Positions 60,311 to 64,000 of a DNA stretch of 64,000 bases are shown here, one piece after another. Source of the DNA: Lama guanicoe (lineage: Eukaryota); assembly GCA_013239625.1 (NCBI GenBank), contig MU053557.1, positions 5,591,842 through 5,655,841 on the forward strand, written 5' to 3'. The notes beneath the pieces were generated by a model. That model ran no database searches. It worked only from the letters and a program-made list of their open reading frames with translations, and was not told the DNA's origin. Numbering within the stretch: position 1 is the first letter of the stretch; each line of letters begins with the position of its first letter. A program made the position numbers and the translations under genes.

Positions 60311-61624
60311 AGTTCCCAGTGCATCCAGGGCAAATGTTTTGCATTTATTCTTGGGAGAGTCTGACACTTGGAAGTGAACAGACCATCGCTCAGGATTTAT
60401 TCTTGACTGCGTATCAGGGCTCTGGGATACTGTGGTGAGTGAGACGCAGGTTGCCAGAGGAGACTAGAAGTGCCCTGGTGTGCATTGGGGTGGAGGAGGC
60501 TGCCTGAAGGAGGTGGTATCTAAGCTAAGGGGGAGCTCAGGCATGGTCGTGGTTGGTTTCCAGATGCTGGGGTAGGACAGGCAGGTACCCAGAAGCAAGA
60601 GAGAGAAGGAGGGCCTTCCAAGTCACCTTTTGAAGTTAGGATGAGCTGCTAGCGGGCAGGCTCTCTCGAGGTAACTAGTGAAGAATAGCTGGCAGGCACA
60701 GTAGGAGCAGAAAGGTCAGTTAGAAATGAGTTGTCCTCATGTGTAGGCAACAAAGGTTCTGCAGCGATGAAGGCAAGTGGAGGAACTCAAAAGATGTGGC
60801 AGGGTGTTGTCCACAGGGCATAGTGACGGTGGGCAGTGCGGAGGCCCACTTCTCTGGGCCCAGAGCAGTGCGGAGCGCCTGAGGTCGTGGAGACATCTCT
60901 CCGAGACTTTTAGCCTCCCCCTAGAGATAGTGGGAGGTTATGCAGAAACAGCACTGGGCTGTGGATGTCTGGAGAGCCAGGGTGGCATCTGGCTGCATCC
61001 TTGGGGCCCTTGGGCAAAGCCCATCTCGGGTAGCCTCTCTCCCCATAAATGTGTTGGTCTAGAGCAGAGGCAGCAGAGCAGTGTCTTTAAACTTAGAGAT
61101 GGAGGGGTTTCACCGAACTTCCTGATTTGGAGCTCCTCTTGAAAAGTCCAGAAGTCTGACAACAGGGGCCTCTGCTCCTCCTGGCAACAACCGGCTGGGG
61201 CTCTGCAGCCACCCCTTAAGTAGGACAGAGGCCCCCAGTTCCACAGCCCCCACTCCCTGGTGGTCCCGACATGGGGGCCCCGTGTTGTCGCCATCTGTCA
61301 TCACACTTGTACCATTCTTAGTATAGAAATGAAAATGGGGACGTGAGAAAATGGAAGTTGGACCCACAGAGGCTTGTGCTTAAAGAGCTATGGGCAGGAG
61401 CCTGTTTCTTTTTGGAAGTAAAGGATGTTCCTGTGTGTTACACGTGGAAGCCAAGTGTGTCTGTGTCCAATGACTGCAGCACCCCAGCCTGGCCTGGTCC
61501 CACGGGCATGTGTTTGGGCTCCCTGGACTGCATCCTCCCACCTAGACCACAGGGTTCACGGTCTCCAATTAACCCCCTTGGGGTAACCGAACCAGACCTA
61601 ACAGAACAGCCGAGAGCTGCAAGC

Positions 61625-62250
61625 GTTCTACTTACTACCTTTATTTTCACAGCTGTGGCCCTGAGGGCTGATGACAAGCTTGGCTGCGCAGCAGGAACTA
61701 GGGGTTGGCAGAAAGTGAGGAGGGGCTGTGGGTGGGGAGGTGGTTCTCACTGGGGGGTGGTGGGGAGAGGGGAAGGGTGGCTCATCCTCCTCTTAAACAG
61801 GCTGGAAAGCCGAGGCCGGGGCGGGGAGGATGGCAGGAGTGTCCGTTCTGGGGCTTGGGATACTGTTGTCTCTTCTCCCTGCACCTGCCCACCTCGTCCA
61901 CGGGCCTGGATCCTGGAGCTTCATGTTAGAGGCTACTGTGATGTCAGAAATGGGTGTCAGCCTAGTTCATGCTCCACCTCCCTAGGCCTTCTGTCCCTGC
62001 TAGTGTGGGGGGCTTTGGGCAGCAGGGCCCTGCCGCATCATTAGTCTAGGCTGTTCTGATATGATTTGTTGTGTCCAAGGATGATGGAGAACCAGGTGCC
62101 AGAGTCCCCTGGAATGAGGCGCAGAGTGGGAGACAGTGTGGGGAGGGGTGGGTAAGGGAAGGAGAGAGCGGCTAGGGTTGTGGAGCAGGGGAGCAGGGAA
62201 GCCGTGGCCATGCAGGGCTGGCTGGGTGCTGGCGTCTGCGTCTGCTGTTC
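61625..62250 (-). other. CD74: CD74 3' UTR
   Basis: Runs from the stop codon to just past the minus-strand AATAAA; end approximate. Confidence 0.8.
61640..61645 (-). terminator. CD74: CD74 polyadenylation signal AATAAA
   Basis: TTTATT on the plus strand. Confidence 0.85.
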
Positions 62251-62261
62251 TCACAGGATGA
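62251..62261 (-). CDS. CD74: CD74 last coding segment (V-I-L-stop)
   Basis: ctctgtag|TC ATC CTG TGA on the minus strand. Confidence 0.9.
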
Positions 62262-62534
62262 CTACAGAGAAAGAAGCAGCAGGTTAGGGTCGGAGTCACC
62301 TGAGGTCCCTGTCCCTTCCCGCATCCTGCAGCCGCAGAGCAGTCGAGGACTCTTCACCCTCCACTGCCCCCTGCTTTGGTACAAGTATTGACCACCATAG
62401 CCCCTAAAACCCCCAACCCTGGGCCTCATCTGCAAAATGGACGTTGGAGAATGGCCTGGAGTCATCCACCATGAGAGAGGTGGTCCCTCTGGGGATAACC
62501 TGCTGGGGACCGGATTCCCTACAGGGGCCCTTAC

Positions 62535-62597
62535 CTTGGCCCAGATCTGGCTTGGTCACGCCCAGCCCAGAGGACAGATCCTCCATTTCCAGTGGGT
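62535..62597 (-). CDS. CD74: CD74 penultimate exon
   Basis: ttgcag|..PLEMEDLSSGLGVTKPDLGQ G|gtaag; 63 nt, phase 1-1. Confidence 0.95.
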
Positions 62598-63105
62598 CTG
62601 CAAAGGAGCAGAAAGGCTACTTGTTAGCTAGAGTCCAGCCCACAGCACCCATTGGTGAGGGGCCTGGGAGGGGCTAATTCTTCCCAGCCTCGCCACAGGC
62701 CTGGCACCTGGTAGAGCCATTGCGGATGGAAGGATGCTTGTTGGATAACAGCAAGTGCCAATGAAGTATGGCCGGGCAATCGAGTAAGCCAGGCCAAGGA
62801 AGGGGTGATGAAATCAGATGGTTGGATCTGGAGGACTCCTGGATGCATGCGTGGATGGGTAAAAGTCACAAAAGGAATGACTGAAGGATCAATGAGTAAG
62901 TAGGTTAAGTGTGGACATAAAGAGAAAAATAATAGATGCACAAACAGATGAGAAATGCACAAGTGGGTGGATGCATGGCTGAGTGGCTGTTCCCCAGGAG
63001 TTGCCTGCCGCCTTGAGTATCCTGGCCCCGTGCGTGCCAGGAGGGACCTCCTGCCCCTCAGCCTTCCTGGTCCTTCCTGCTCCTGGCGCAGTGGCCACTG
63101 CTTAC

Positions 63106-63297
63106 CACTGCAGTTATGGTGCCCGCGGCTCCTGGTGTGGGGGACCTCGGTGCCGTTGGGGAAGACGCACCAGCAGTAGCCGATGCTCCCATAGCACTGG
63201 AGCGGCATATAGTTGCCGTTCTCGTCGCACTTGGGCCTGAACGTGCCCGGGTGGATGGCGGGGATGCGGCTGACCTCTTCCTGGCACTTGGTCAGTA
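63106..63297 (-). CDS. CD74: CD74 thyroglobulin type-1 domain exon (p41/p43-specific exon 6b)
   Basis: cag|..[64 protein letters not shown]|gtaag; 192 nt, CWCV motif. Confidence 0.97.
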
Positions 63298-64000
63298 CTG
63301 AAGCGACAGGCACGATGAACATAGTGAGTCAGTGGGCTCTGGGCCAGAGTCTCAGCCGAACCAGAGATCCACATGCCACTGCTGTCAGTCTAATGCCTCC
63401 TGCCCAAGTGGCTGTACTTCTACCTATTGCACGGATGGGGAAACGGGCCTGGACCGGTAAGGTCCTGGATCAAAGAGGCTATGTGGTTAATTCATCCCAG
63501 AACATGATTTCTTCTGACATTCAATGCCTGTTGGGGTTCAGAATTGCACCTAAGATTCTGATTTCTAGAGAAAAGCAGTGGACACCTTGGTAAGTCTGAG
63601 CTTCCATTACTGGGGGCATATCTAAGTAGAAGTGGGGGTTACCATGTGAGGGAGGTGTTGTAGAGGGGATTCAGACATTAGCTGGGAGTTGGTCAAGAGA
63701 GCATCTACGGTGCCCTCTCTGAATTTACGATGGAGACACTGAGGCCCAGAGTGGAGTGGGCCATTGATCTTCCACTTCTGAAACAGCCCAGAGAGAAGAG
63801 ACTTGCTCAAAGTTGCACAGCAAATTAGCACCAGGATAAGAACACAGCCCCTTTAAGGCTTTAGGGCTGAAAGTCCTGGTGTTGCCCATGATATGGAAGA
63901 ACCCCAAGGCTCTCTGGTCTGGTACCTGCTGGCTGTATGGCCTCAGAGAGGAGCCCTCTGAAAGGTGGGAATCATGGGCCCAGCCCCCTCCCGGGAACCC

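Noticed and set aside
61343..62044. 233-aa plus-strand ORF
   Set aside because: Antisense to the CD74 3' UTR, non-ATG start, low complexity.

Overview
Mammalian genomic DNA, probably from a camelid (inferred from three copies of a tRNA-Ala-derived SINE resembling the camelid Vic-1 family). Positions 1-24.7 kb are repeat-rich intergenic DNA (L2, MIR, old L1, hAT-type MITEs) with a few candidate enhancers. A CpG-island promoter at about 24.8-25.5 kb drives the complete TCOF1 (treacle) gene on the + strand. I traced 26 coding exons (ATG 25063 to TGA 59105; 4389 nt and 1462 aa with all exons included, phases consistent throughout), plus a non-coding last exon with AATAAA at 60285. The last three exons of CD74 lie convergently on the - strand, including the 192-nt thyroglobulin type-1 (p41) exon. 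I found no wholly new biological system. The most interesting unexplained structure is inside TCOF1: three decayed copies of the treacle repeat exon in introns (one keeps both splice sites and would act as a frameshifting poison exon), an apparently disabled alternative last exon (DQESS) with a downstream ATTAAA, a GC-AG intron that is open in frame, a competing acceptor leading to an immediate stop, and a short uORF. Comparisons with human TCOF1 are from memory and need to be checked by alignment.
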